Shown: piece after piece, positions 8,900 to 22,900 of the stretch | Layout of the letters: the number at the start of each line of letters is the position of its first letter | How positions within the stretch are numbered: the first letter of the stretch is position 1 | Assembly: GCA_000708835.1 (NCBI GenBank) | Contig: DF237150.1 | Coordinates: 1-60,338 of the forward strand | Direction: 5' to 3' | Source of the DNA: Klebsormidium nitens | Taxonomy: Eukaryota; Plantae; Klebsormidiophyceae | DNA length: 60,338 nt | Position numbers and translations under genes: made by a program | The notes under the pieces: generated by a model | What the model was told of the DNA's origin: nothing | Database searches by the model: none | Seen by the model: only the letters and a program-made list of their open reading frames with translations

Positions 8900-11800
8900 G
8901 CAGCTCGATCGTAACGCTTGCCGTGCTTAATCACATGGCCTTGGCAGCCAACAGCAGATGTCCTCACAGCCGCCATCCAGGTTTTTTCTCTCCTTCTGTC
9001 GATGCTCATGGCGCTCCTTCCATAGAGCCAAGCTAGCTAGGCCGCATGTGGGCGCCAGGTCGACGAAATAAGCGCGCACGACAGGCGCCGCGGGAAGCGC
9101 GCGCCGCCGGGTTCCTAGATTTCTGATGCGCATACGCGGCGCGGCCGCCCGCGCCCTGGCCTTCAGCGCACGCTGCGCTTGGAGTCCATCATAAGTGCGC
9201 GCAGTAAGGCACCCGTGAGGAAGTGCACAGATACGAAACATTTTCGGAAGATTGATAATTGCACTGCCCGGCCGTCTCGGACGATCCAGGCTGTCGACTC
9301 GCTCAGCGCTTCCGCGAGCGTCTTGGATCAGTCGAAGGGCAATGATTTGCGAGCATCTTCTCGCTAGTGGTTTTCTCGCCGGACCTTCTGAAGCAATTGA
9401 TTCTTAAATTAAAGCGGGGCCGACTCGAAACGGCTTCGTTGAGACCGTGACAAAGTTCTTCTTCGCCAGCGCTCGAGAACGGCTCCCGAAAACGTCACGT
9501 GACCTCCATCATGACGCCCTTCCCAACATTATCATTGAACCGACGTGAATCGACGTATTCATCGTTCGCTCAAGTTTTGAGACGCACCGGCTGGAATCCG
9601 AGAACTGTCAACAACTTCAGCCGCGTTGATAGGGATGCAAAGGTACATAAGACGCGCATTTCGATACGGATCGGTTTGATCAGAGCAGAGACAGTGCCCA
9701 TTGAGTGCAAAGGAGGCCAGCAAGTCTGCCCATGCACTGGACACTATTTGGAGCCACAAGACTGAGGTCCATTCTGTGTTGCGCCAAAACGGAGCGTTCA
9801 ATGGTACTTGCCTCAATGAAGCATAACGAAAGGGCGGACGTAGAGACAGCGACTTGCTAGATAAGGTTTGTGCTTTTTCAAGCGTGACCATCTCACGAGC
9901 GAAGGGACTAATGTGCTTTTGCGAATGGAACGGCTCGGATCCTGTTTACCACTTTATCGTTGAGCTCCGTACACATGTACTGGCTCAAGATCAAGAACTT
10001 CCTCACTAACTTCGCATGGTTGTCCCGAAATCAAAGCTATCAAGCGCTGCATTTATGGAACTCACTATAAATCAATACCCGGTTTAAGATCGTTTGCTGA
10101 GGCCGTTTTGATCTCAGAAATTCAGCTTTTAAGATCAAAATGGTCTGACACAACGTTTAAGACCAAAATAGCCTGAAATCCTGAATAGGTTTAAGATCGA
10201 AGTGGCCTCACAACGATCTTAAACCGGGCTATCATTTATAGTGACTGTAGGTTTAGTGTCTACTTATTTCGAATTCTTAGTAGCAGCGGCCTGCAAAGGA
10301 AATGTGCCTGAGGTGAAAATGCGACAGCGTCAGTTGGCACTGCCTGGCTACGGCCCTCTGGCAGCTTTGAACACGTCGCGCGCATACGAGCTGATCCAAG
10401 ATCAAGTTGGACGTCAAGAGTGATCCATCAACAAAGACTATAATCAAGAAAGAACCAAAGACGCGTGTAAACGCAGAGCCTTCTTCTTGTGACGATTGCG
10501 CGAGCTTTGGAAACCCCCAACCTGAGCGTACAAGAAACTCATCGGGAATATAGCGGCTTCTGAAGATGCCGCGCTGGACAGACGTTGGCGTTCCTGACGG
10601 GCCAGTCCTCACAAAATCGTCTTGGCCACTCACCCCGTGACCTCATATTTACTTTTCCTGAAGCAATCACCGGGAGAAGTTACTCAAGAACCGGCTCGAC
10701 GCCTTCCATCAGAGGCTTGTACTTTCTAAGAAACCGGGCCAGGTCCATCTATCATTCTGAAAAACGCCAGTCGTAAGGGGCGTGGCCGTTGCTTTTCATT
10801 TAACGGCAAATTTTGCTGGCTCGGCTTGAGTCGGCACGGCGATTTTGACCTTCGGGTCACGGCAAGCTTCATCACCGCCAGCTATGACTGCGGTGCTCTT
10901 GAGAAGCGTGGAACGAGAAAATGAATGGAGCTTGTTATATCGATCTTAGAGAGATTCCTCCAATGGGATTCTCGCGCTCTCCCGCACATCTTGTCCGCAA
11001 AAGGATTGACGAATGGAAGTCTGATCTTCTTCGGTACACGAGCAAATTAAAGCTCCAGTGTGCAAATACGGCCTAATTCTGGTTGCTTAAGCAGAACGAG
11101 GTGGGGCGCAGGAAAAAGGACATCAACCAAACGGAACATAAGACGGCAGGCTGGGTAAGTAGAGTGTAACTCAACAGTCCGATGTGATGATTCACAATCA
11201 CAATACGGGGATGTCCCCATTTGTCAGACATCGAGACATGGGTTCGTCAGTCTCCGCTCGATGCTGAAATTTTGGAAAACGGTAGCGTCGAAGAAGAAGA
11301 AAGTTCATAGAAGCCCTTCAATGCCGATTGCGCGAGTGAACGGCTCCAGCCCGCAGTCGATATGTCGACAATGTATTGGTCTCGAGCTACTGAGCGAGTC
11401 AAGTCACTGCCGTCCTTAGCTCAACGTACCACAAACAGCTCTACAGTTCACCACCGAGAAGTACCAAAGAAGAAGCGAAGGCACACCCGTTGAACCTGCA
11501 GCCGTTCCTCGCATGACAAGCTATAAGGCGCCCCTGCCCACGTGAGCGTCTCTATTAGAATGGCTTCAAAGCGCCCCGCACAGTTGGAGCGCGGCCCATT
11601 CCAAGTACTCACGTGGCCTCGGCAGCCACAGCAGATGTCCTCACAGCTGTCGGCGCAAAACCGTTTCTCTTCTTTTGTCGCTGCCCATGCCGGCGCTCCT
11701 TCCATAGAGGCCGCGCTAGGCCGCCTCTGGGCGTGCGACCGGCGCCGGCGGCCGGAGTGCGCGGTCGGCAACCGTTGCGCGCGGTCCCCTCTAGTTCTTC

Positions 11801-14800
11801 AGCATACCCTGTATGGCAGCCCATGTTGTACATTGGCCTCAGTGAGGCCGTGACAAGATTCATCGCCAGCGCTCCAGATTAACGGGTCTCGAAATCGTCA
11901 CATAACATCCATCATGACGCCCTTCCCAACATCGTTGACTGAACCGACGTGTATCGAGGCCCACCGTTCGGTCAACCTTTTTGATATGCACCGGTTGATA
12001 AGTTCTGACTGAATGACAATATCAGCCGCGATTGATTGGGAAGCGAAGATACAGGTTACGCGGCACGGTCAAAGTTACGGATCCGGTTGAAACAAGCAGA
12101 TGACAAAACAAAGCAGATATTATGCTTCGAAATTCTATTTAAAGACAAGGCGGCCCACGCATTGCTGCCAAAGCGCTCGATGAGTGGCGGGAGCGCCGGA
12201 GACCAGCAATTCTGCCCACTGGAAAGGTACTTGTAGCCACAGGAATCGAGGTCCGTTAACGTTCTGGATTGTGCCGAACCGGAGCTTCAGGGGATGCCCC
12301 GAAGAGGCATGATCAAGGGCTGCTAGAGTTTGGACCGCGAAGTGCTAAATAAGGTTCGTGCTCTTTCAACCGTGACTATCTCATGAGCGGAGGGACTTAC
12401 TAGCTGCGATTCTGCGATCGGAACGGCTCGGACTCCGTCTACCATCGACTCATTGCGCTTTGTAAAAAAATTTGTAGCTCAATATCAACATTCTTCACTA
12501 CCTTTGCATGATGGTCCCATATTAAATCCTGTCTTGCATTGTGGTCACGTAAACATAGATTCTGACCCGTCCATTGAACCCTAGAGTAGCAGCGACCGGC
12601 TAAGAGACCTTGCATAAGTTGAATAACGGACAGCATCAGCTGGCGCTGCCAAACTTCGGGGTTCCGCTAGCCTACGGCACCCTGGCAACTCTGACCGCGC
12701 GCGCCGACCAGTTCAAAAGTTGAATTGGACGTTGTGCTGACGTGATATCAAAATTAGACATCGAAATACACAAGAAAATGAAGACCGTTCTCTCTGACAA
12801 CGATCCGCGAGTTCCCCGCTAAGCGTACGCGAGACGTTCTGGGGATAGAGCGGCTTCTGAAATTGCCGCGCAAGGCCTCGGACCATTGCCTTTTCCGCCA
12901 GGCCAGTCGTCGCATATTCATCTTGGCCGCTAATCCAGACTCAATTTCACCCTTTTTCCTACTCGAAGAGGGAAATAATCGAATCAAACCCCGCGCGATG
13001 CTTCCTTTCGAGGCTCGTTCTTTTCACTGGAGACCTGCCACGTCATTCTATCATGTGCAGGCAAAACGTCAGGGGCGTGGCCGATGCCTTTCTTTAACCT
13101 TATTTTTGCTGCCTGATTGACTGATCACAGCCTACGTGACCTTCGGGTCACGATAAGCTTCGTCACCTCCAGCTAGTCGTGGGGTGCTCTCGAGAAGAAT
13201 GACGCGAGACGATGGATGGAGCTTTCGATTTCCAACTCAGATAGATTCCTTCAAATACGGGAGCGCGCGCTCCCCCTCCGGAAAAGGATTAATGGATGGA
13301 AGTCTGATCTTCTCTGGATACACGAGCATAGTTCCAGTGCATGTGCAAAGACGGCCTTTGTGTTGCAGAAGCAGAATGAGGTGGGGCGCAAGGAACAGGA
13401 TGACAACACGAAAGAAACATGAGACGGCCGGCTGGGTGAGTAAAATCCAACTGAATAGTCCGATGTTATGGATTTCAAAAATACAAGATTGGGCATGGGT
13501 TCGTTAGTCTCCTCTCGATGCTGACAGTCTGGGAAATGGTAGCGACGACAAGAAGAAAGCCCAGAGAAGCCCTCCTATACGGATCGCGCGAGTGAACGGC
13601 TCCTGCCCGCAGGTCAACATCTCGAAAATGGCATTGGTCTCGAGCTACTGAGCGATCTAAGTCATAGCCGTCCCTAGCTTACCACACCACAGATTCAAGA
13701 TTTCACCTCGGCGAGGTATCAAAGAAAAGCGAAGGCACACCTGGAATCGCAGCAGTTCCTTGATTCCCCGCATGACGACTTACGTAGCTTCCCTGCCCAC
13801 ATGAGCAAAAAAGCGCCCCGCACAGGATCTTGTGGTCATGCGGCCATGACACGCTTGATCATTGCCGCCACCACTCCTGCACCGCTCAAATCGTGCAAGG
13901 AACCATTAAAAGTCCAATGCAAGCAAGCCAGAATCAACAGCTCCGCCCGCCCGCCTTGGCAGTTTCTCATGCTTGTGAACGAATCAGTATAGAGGAAAGT
14001 ATCCCTTGCTCTGTTATAGTTTTACGACGTGGAAATGGGTAACGTGTTAGGTTGGAAACGGAACGGCGCCTCGCGGAATTGTAGCGGGTCGGACATTCGT
14101 GGTCCAGCAAGGCTGCCCATTTGCAAAATCAATCGGGCGACTTCAACCGGTATTCAGCGCGATGAATGCAATCAAAAGCCCCGATACAGGGTCGAAGAGT
14201 AAAGGAATCCCTTTTCTCCTGGTCTGGCTCTGACAAACTATGTCTCCGTAGGATTGTTGGCCTGGGGAGGCCGAGAAGGGCGTCGCCCTGGCCGAGTATT
14301 GTGTCCTAGTCAATGATCGTTATGCACGTTTTACTTTGTGATGACAGCCCATCAAAGCGGGTGGCTCACGGAACTCGATCAGTGGGCGCCCAACAAGACA
14401 TCGTGCCAAAAATAAAAGCAGCTCACGAAGCTGAGAGTCTCATCAAAGCCTCATGTAGAGCGCGCATAGCTGAATGCATTACCGAACCGCTCGAAGCAGA
14501 GTCAATCAGAGGAGAAACAGAATCCTTGGAAGCATCATCCGATGGGTTACTTAGAAAAGTTGCTAGCTCTTTTCCCGAACCGCTTCTGAAGTTCGCAAGA
14601 TGTACGTGCGTTGATCGGGAAGTAGAAATGGAAGGCGCTGTTTCATAACCAATCATATTCCTCGGTGCGCATCCGACCCTTGACCGCAGATGTGCAGTGG
14701 GGCTGAAAAATGCATCAATTCGCGATTGACGCCAAAGCGCTAATGAGGGATCAGTTGGTTTCTGGCTTTAGTCAATCAACACGGTGTTCCCCCCTGGTCC

Positions 14801-17800
14801 TTGACAGGCCAGCTTTTCTGACTTCATGATGGCCGGCGGCGCTCTCACTGCAACATTCTCTACTAGAAGCTGGATCGGACCATATTGCAACGTCTGTCGG
14901 GCCCGACCCAGACATTAGATATTCGACGTTGATCAACCCGCAAGCTGTTCCATTTGTTGGTCAAGGAGCAGTTACCTTAGAGCACTTCCCCTGCTGGTAG
15001 TCTCCTCGACTAGAGGCGACCGAATTCTACAGCAGCGCCGGTCAATTCGGATGAGCAGTCTTGCGCTGGCGTGCCCGTGTTGGTCACGGGCACGTTTGAC
15101 TGGAACGAGCGTCGTCATTGCCAGCGCTATAGAGCGCGCGACTCTCAATCTATTTGCAGGTTATGCTTACTTTGACGCATTAGTTTCGATATATGCCACG
15201 TAGATCCCTTGTCCTATCGCGGCTACTGAATCGCTTTGGCAGAACCTAGAATTGATCATCGACTTATTCTCGAGTGACGTATTAAGCACGTGTGACGCAC
15301 AGTCCAGACGTACGTAAATATATGTGACGTTGGAAAAAAGCTCGATGACAAGTAGTTGTCGCTCCCCTGTTTTTCCCCAGAAAAGAATGGCCCTTGCTTT
15401 GCTGTGAAAGTGTTAGTCATGTTGGGGAGGACTAGCAAGCAGCTCAGAAGAGTAACTCTGACCATCATTGGAATGAGGCTGGTTTTTTTGTGCCGAATTC
15501 ACATCTGCTTTGCCCTAAAAGAAGAGAATTTTTAGGACACCTTACAAGGTCAGACGTTAAGATAGGGCCGTGATCTCCAAGATCAAAACCTTTGAGCGAA
15601 AATGTCAAAAAACAATTTGCGCTCGTTGGACCGGCTCAGAGTTTGACGTTGTCCGGATGCACTCATGAACTGTGACCATGCAGAGCTCCGCATGTGACTC
15701 ACAGTGAGGGACTTCGTCACAGCCTTCACACGGTAAAGCTAAAACTTGAGCCTCCTTCAGTGTTGCAATCCGTGTAACAAATACATGGATCCAAACTGCC
15801 CATCAAACTCTCCAATAGCACCGGCGTGCAAGATAAGACTCCAGATACTTTCGGAAGGAGAAAACGAACTGTGCCGGTTGGCAATCCCCGAACTTCGAGG
15901 TGCGCTGGCGGCTCATCATTGAGAATCTGCTGGAAAGTGACCTGGCCGGAATCAGATCAAATTGGGGACCGAAGATCAGCAGAAGTATGGGCGATGGCCC
16001 GGTATTGTTGAGCCAGCTTATGAATTAGACGTGACGCTTTGATCTGGATTTGAATGGGACTTTGCGCAGCAGATGGAAACGCGAAGTATAACACATCTGA
16101 ACAAGCTCCGTTTGCGAAAACTGACGATTCTGACGACAGTAATACCAATAGGCGAAGCATATAGGGACCGGCTCTGAAACGAGATGCTGAAGCCACCTTC
16201 TCTGAGCTTCCAACTGGAAACCCGTGAGAGCTCGTCATTGCCAAAAATACGCCTGCAACAATGAACCTTTGTTTAACAGCCAGGGCTGGCAGACTATACG
16301 TGACGGCCATCAGTGTTCTCGATGCGGGCTGCATTACGAGTTCAGGTTGTCGCAGAGACGCGATTTCAAAAGAGGCGGGTCGTTCCTTAGCAGAGGCAAT
16401 TATAATAAACTTAGTAGCTCTGTCGCATCTCCAAAGTCTCGAGTGAAATTGCGCGTGGTTGCGGGAACTCACGCCGCCTCAGATGATCATGTTGGCAGTC
16501 GCAGGAGCAATTGCGGCGTGTTGCGTGGCAAGTACTCCACCGACTCGAACAAGCCATCTTTTAGATTGGTGTCATTTACATGAACGGCCCCGAACATCCA
16601 ACAAAGGCTTGTTTTGCTCCAGACATGTTTTTCTAGTTCCGTAAACTTACAAAACAAGCTTCAATCTTCTGGTTTTGTGGGAGAGCAAAAGCCTGCGCCC
16701 AGATCTCCGAAATTTGTCACGGGGTTAAAAGGACGTTAAGATCAAAAGTACTGTCGCTTCAGCAATACTTATGAACACGCTTTAATATCGAACTCTGAAC
16801 GCGCCGGCGCGCATACGAGCTCAAAAAACGAGTTGAAAGTTATGCGGACATGAATTCTCAACAAGGGACAACCTGGAGGCACAAAATAAAGCCACTCCGC
16901 TTTGTCCACTTGTATGCGCACGATCCCCGTCGACTCAATATGACACGAACATAGTTCTTGCGTTGGCGGCTTCTGAAATGCCTTTCAACATCGAGCATGG
17001 CCTTTTTCTTGGCAGGCCAGTTTTCAAGTGCCTCGTAGTTGCCACCATATCTTCCATCGCTTACCTCACTTTACCCCGTGGTGAATTATAAAAATCCGAA
17101 GGCGCTAGAGCCCAATGATGAATATTTCTCCTGGTCTAAGTGTTAAAAACAGTCTGTTACCCCGACCGCTGCTTTCGAGAACACCATGTAAGCGGCGCTT
17201 TGGATATGCTTCTTCCACCAAGTGCTCTGCTGGCTCTGGTTGACCCAGCCACTATAACGTGACCTCCGGCCGGGCCACGACAAGCTTTGTAACCTGCAGC
17301 AAACCTAACCAGATGTCTTAGACAGACTTTGACCGGCAGAAAAGCTCGGTCTGTTTTATACACGAACATGATAGTCAGAAGATATACATGAGTCTGGGCA
17401 GTGGCTGCTTCCGGTGATCATGCAGGAGAAAATTCCTAAAAAGTTCAGATGTTTTGGGCATCAAACCAATTGTATTTACTCGGATCTCGAGAAGCTAGCC
17501 ACCCAAGCATCAACAAAGAGCCCAAAGCCACAGAGTGAACGGCTCCGGCGCCCGCAACCAGAATTCACCCGGCAAGCGATGGTCTCCGAGACCAGCTCGT
17601 CGGATCTTTCCTTGCCTTGCCCAGCCGATCAACGTCGCGCTACAAAAAGTTTCAGTTTCTACCACCGAGCATCGCGAATGAATATGGCGAAAGCAGATCT
17701 ACTTGTGCAGCACGTGCCCCGACGCCCTGAAACTTTAACGTTTCCAAAACAACTCCGCCCACATGAGCAACCATTATTGGCTTGGCTTCAAAATCCTTCT

Positions 17801-19950
17801 CAAAAAAGTGCTTGGCCGTCCGGCCATGACACGCTCGATCATTGCCGCCGCTACTCCGTCAATACTGCTGATCCTCATAAGAAAGACACGCGCCACTTCG
17901 ATAATCAAACGCCCTCTTCCCATGCTTGTGAACAATTCTGACCACCCGTTGCATGAACTGCAAGCTCTAAATCGGTGACGGAGTGCTGCCAGATACTCTT
18001 CAATGATTTGAATGGCGGAACCTCGTGGAAAGCGAAGTGGGTCGAGAGACAAACCCCAGCAGTAAAAGCCGGCGCCCACTGGTTCCAACCATGTTGAAAC
18101 GAAGCTCAGCCCGGTCGCATTCAAGGTCACAGCTTCCGCAAGTTCCTAAGAGGTCGTCAGTTTTACAGCTGTTGCTTTGAATACGGCCAGGTTTTGACAT
18201 CCAACTCTGACTGCGCGCCTTTACCAGCTTCTACGAAATTTGAAGCCAAGTTGGACGTTAGGCTGACATGACGTGTCAACGAATATGGTTGAACGTTTAG
18301 GTTATAAAACGACGCCCCGCTCTCTCTGCCGAAAAGGTCAATGTTTGCAAGAACATTGTGAACATTGCGTCGCGAACGGAGTTGGTTCAGTGGTCGCAAG
18401 TACTAGCTTATATGTAGAAACGGTGCGGCTTCTGGAGTTGCCCCTGTGGTGTTGAAGCCTGGCCTCTTTTGGCAGGCCAGTTTCACTATTTCGTCTTCGC
18501 CGCTAGTCATTTAAACTCCCGATGTCCTTCCGTTGATAGCAAAAACAGAATAAAAGTCAGTACCATTGATGATGCCTGTTGAAATCGAGCCTTTCCTCTC
18601 AAACAGAACCGTATTCGGCCACTAGCAAGATCGTGTACAGTTCAATGGCACCCGACATGCGGCGTTGCTGGTACGTTCTTTTTTATGGATGTTTTTGCTG
18701 GCTCAACATTTGCCCATCAAATACAAGTGACCTTCGGGTCACGACAAACCTCATCATTGCCTGCTAGTCATTCGGTGCTCAGCAAACTTGAAGAAGGCGC
18801 TTTTTTCCTACTCAGTACAAATGCAAACAGTCCTCCCCAAGCCAGACCGCGCTCTGCCTTGCTATGTTGTGGAACGGATCGTCGATGAATGGAGCAATCT
18901 AGTTCGATTTCCCTTCCCTCACGTGCACAGCTGTAGTACGACTAGTAAGGCCGAGGTGCAAAAATGGGACGAGTGAGATTCTAAGACCTTCGCCGGGCTT
19001 CAGGAGCTAACCCAATGAATCGCCGGCAGGCTGGCATGGAGACCATCAAACAGAGCAGCTCTTTCTTTCATTGGAAAGTGTTGTGCAGCTGCAGCCTGCA
19101 TGAATCATAGTGCTGCTTCCATTCTGCACATTTCGGCGGATCCATTTGCTGGATTGGGTTGGGCGCTTGGACATCCCGAAGCAAGCTCGCGTCCTCGATG
19201 AAAGCAACTTGAAGAAGCCAGAACCGAAGCTAGACTGAATGGGTCATCGCTGATTGTATGCACGACCACTCGAGGTTCTAGGAAGCAAAATTGTCTGGAG
19301 GTACCCCATTTGTTGGTAAGATACGCCCTGTTTGTAATCAACCTGTGTTTGTTGATGAGAAGAAGCTAAGAATCATGGCCGCCAGGCTCGTCAACTCCAA
19401 GGTTACTACTGTAAGCTGTGATTGTCTTGAATAGCATGTCACTCGGGTTCAACATATACCCCAATTATTTAGCGGTCAATCATCAGCTTAAGTCAATCCA
19501 TCGCCGGCCCCTGCCCATGTCGTACTACAGAATTGTCCACCATCAAGCGCACGTTCCTGAATGCCCTGGATAAATTGCGAGGTCCTTTCAAAAGACATCC
19601 CGCCTAATCGAGCAAAAATTATGTATTAGTATTTTGGCCTCAAGCAAACCGAAAGAGAGTCTGGCCACTTTGCGGCCAAGACATGCTTCATCACTGCCAC
19701 TGCGACCGTCCTACGTTGAGCTGACAAAGCAAAGCTAGAGCGGCGACATTGGAGATCAACGCAAGCAAGTTAGTCAACTCGCATGGTTTGGGGCTTCGTG
19801 CCGATAAAGGTCGACTGAAGCGTTGAAACACTACCCACTGCTCTGCGGACCTTAGTAGAAAGGCAAAAGTACTTTAGGCTGGCACCTCGTGGAAAGCGGA
19901 GAGTTTGAGCGACCCGCCTTTCACAGGGGCCGTCTTTGATCCAGGCAATA
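8900..19950. pseudogene. Tandem cluster of 4-5 decayed paralogous units (~1.9-2.4 kb each)
   Basis: Shared anchors: CCATCATGACGCCCTTCCCAACAT (9506, 11909); GACCTTCGGGTCACG (10847, 13138, 18729; variant 17261); AGTGAACGGCTCC (11335, 13591, 17534); GCCATGACACGCTxGATCATTGCCGCC (13843, 17823; variant 22716); CCTCGTGGAAAGCG (18021, 19885). All copies carry stops and frameshifts. Confidence 0.75.
10063..10243. mobile_element. Non-autonomous CACTA (EnSpm)-type mini-element / MITE, 181 bp
   Basis: Termini CACTA...TAGTG; ~32-bp imperfect TIR (CACTATAAATCAATACCCGGTTTAAGATCGTT / AACGATCTTAAACCGGGCTATCATTTATAGTG); 3-bp TSD ACT (10060-10062 and 10244-10246); internal TTTAAGA(T/C)C subterminal repeats. 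It is absent from the paralogous unit near 12530-12590. Confidence 0.9.
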
Positions 19951-22900
19951 TTCGACCAGACTTCACCTATAGATGCAGATCTTTGATCAGGACCGCAGAT
20001 TATTGTATCGCTCTTATCAGTGAGGGTAAAAACTGATCTTTTATTCTGCATCAAGAAACTTCAGCAACGAATGGACGGCTCTTAAAAGTGTTTCTGAAAT
20101 GGTCAAAGCTGCTTTGACCATGTGGGCTACCCCAAAGTGGGTTCTAGCGCAACGTATTATCATGTCCTCTTGATCAATTTTGAAAGACGAAAGTAGATCA
20201 CGCTCGCACATCTGTTGCACGGGAGCGGGTATGTCAGCAAGCGAAAAGCAAGACCGAGCGCGCGCGGGCGCGTGGCGCGGCCATGCCAGAATGACTGGCC
20301 AGCGGCAAAAGCAGCAACCCTTTGTTAATCGATCCTCGCTGCGTTTTGCAGCCAAGCATTGGGAGATTAACTTCGATAATGTACACCTCATCAAAGAGTG
20401 CAACGTTCCAGTTTCAGAGTACTGTGTCAGATGTATGGTCGTGGCGAGGCGGCAGAAACTGGGCCGCATCTCGTCGAGTTGTAACCATGACTAGCAACGG
20501 GTACACACTGCAGGCGTACTTGTATTCATCCCGAGTCCTGAAGATTCCGTCCATTAACGGCGACTTTTAGCGCGGCTCCGTCAAAGACTGGAGGTGTTTG
20601 GGAGTTCAACGGAACTCCCAGGAAAGCGATTCTTCGTTGCCTCTGCTAGATGTTACGCGAGTTTTGATGTGCGGCTCTGCCGAATACGTTCCTTGGAGAC
20701 TAGATTGGAGCTCCCAGAAAAGCACGTCGTCATTAGTGCCTTTGCGAAGCCCCCAATGATGGGTCTTCGAGTCGCGCAATCTCAAGCAGATGCTGTAACA
20801 ACAGCACGGATCCTGCATGCCGACGACAGCCGGATAAGAGTAGAAGATTCGCATGCGCATGCATGCATGCACCAGAAAGAGGAAGCAATATTACCTAGCC
20901 GGAATAATGAAACCAGTAGACACACAAGAGCTGGATCCAGATCGTTCAATGCTGAGCAAAGCGGGAGGTTCCAAACGGCTCCCTTTCTTTGTGGCTCGCT
21001 TTCAACCAGCTGCAAGACCTAGATGCACGACTTTCAAAACGAATACTGGCAGATCAGAAGGATGCCGGGCCGGGACGAGAAGGGGCCGGGACGAGAAGTT
21101 GTCCGGCGCTCAAATCTGTGTACGTCTGCTAGCATCCATGGATCAGCTCGTGTCAACGAAAGCGTCATGACCAGAAAGTACAGTACTTGACTCCATTTCT
21201 GGAGTTAAAATCATGCCTTGAAGCCCAGTTCATATACAGATTGGTCATGCAGGATAGAAGCCGCTGGGAAAGCTGATCTCTCGTCTTTTACACATATTCC
21301 AACTCTTACCAGCGCGCGTTTCAGATGCTCATGACAGCATGATTCGGATGTTGGGCTGACACGCCGCAATACTAGTGTTGATGAAAAAAGCTAGGGACGC
21401 TCTGATTACATTCGGAAGAGCCACAGGAGACGGATTCAATGTGCAAGTCGTGTACTCTTGGACTGCTTCTGAAGTCTTAGTCCAGCGTCCGCTGTGACCT
21501 TGTTGAAAGGCCAGGGTTACTATTGTCGTCCTAGCAGATCTCCTATCACATAACATCCTCGATCAAAGCACTTGAAAACCAGATAATGGACGCAGAGGAA
21601 CGTTAAGATGCTGTTGAAGAAATCCGTTTTTTGCATCGACTCCGAGGATCATTCACCTTTGAAAGAGAACGGGCACCACGACCGTGCCTGTATTCAAGCA
21701 CCCCGGAGCACCCGGCGCAGCCGATGCATATTTGATTCCGGCCCCAATCCTCTGCTGGCTCTGCTTGGCCTTCAAATCCCCCAATGGTTGAACTTCAGAG
21801 CCACAGACGGCTTCGTCATAGCCAGCTGCATTCCCCCTGCTCTCGAAGATTGGACGAAGCAACAGTAAACGGTAATATCGTCGTCGGGCAGATTCTACTA
21901 AACACATCATGTTCTGCCCGGTTCCGGATGAGCGCGAAGTCTTGACAAAACATTTGCATCCAAAGCTTGTCACGGGCAAGGGTCCATTAGAGGACTCCGG
22001 GTAACATGGTTCTTGACGACTGCCAGATGCATGAAGCTGTGGGCATTACTTACACAAAAGAAGGGGCCAAGCAGAAACTTCCATCATAACAAATCTGCAA
22101 GTGATCCGTTCCTTTTCGAATGCGAAAGGAGGGTGCAGCAGCCCACGAAACGATTACGCTGCTTTCAGCATGCACACTTCAATCCTAGTCACGGTGCATT
22201 GTCAGCGTTCCTCCAAAGCACCTTCATTTCTGCACGCGTTTCCTTTGCGTTAAGCAGAAGAATGCAACCGAAGCTCTCGTAAGTTCCTCCTTCGAATTCA
22301 GAATGATTCTTAGGAGGAAACCGGAAGGATCGTGTCCACTTCCGGAGGCAACTTCACCTTTGTATAAAGGCTTAGGAAGTATGCCTTGAAGTTGAGGTCA
22401 GTCGATTTGAGAAGGTTCGGGATGTAGAAGAGCCCTCAAAAGATGCCCGGCTTCTGTAGACCGAGGATAAGGAAAGTGGGTCCCAAAGGCCCAGTTCGAG
22501 GAACGTCATTGCCAGCCTTGCCTTGATATGTACGTGCACTGTAAGAGCAACTCCCTAGCAGCCCCACCCAAAGAAGAAGCGAGAGCCGTTATGCAAAACC
22601 TCCACCTCTGAGACACTGTGACGATTCTAACGGGTGTTTGAAGTTATGCAGCCACGTTATGATCCATATATTGCACTGGCTTCAGAGAGCTACCGGTGAG
22701 ATGCTTGGCTATGCCGCCATGACACGTAGGTATCATTGCCGCCATTGTTTCCAGATCGCTGAGCTTCAAAGCAAATAGCATACCTAGCAGGGAAAGAATT
22801 CAAGCAAGCCCAACGAGGGCTCGACGGCCTTGCGAAGGCTGACGGCGGTCGACAACGCCTTCTGTGGAAAAATTGAACCACTCCTTTCTCGCAGCCTCTA

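Noticed and set aside
11770-11796. Helitron 3' end (CCGTTGC..CGG...CTAG|T)
   Set aside because: The hairpin has only 4-5 bp, the homologous CTAG in unit A is followed by A, and no TC 5' end or Rep/helicase was found.
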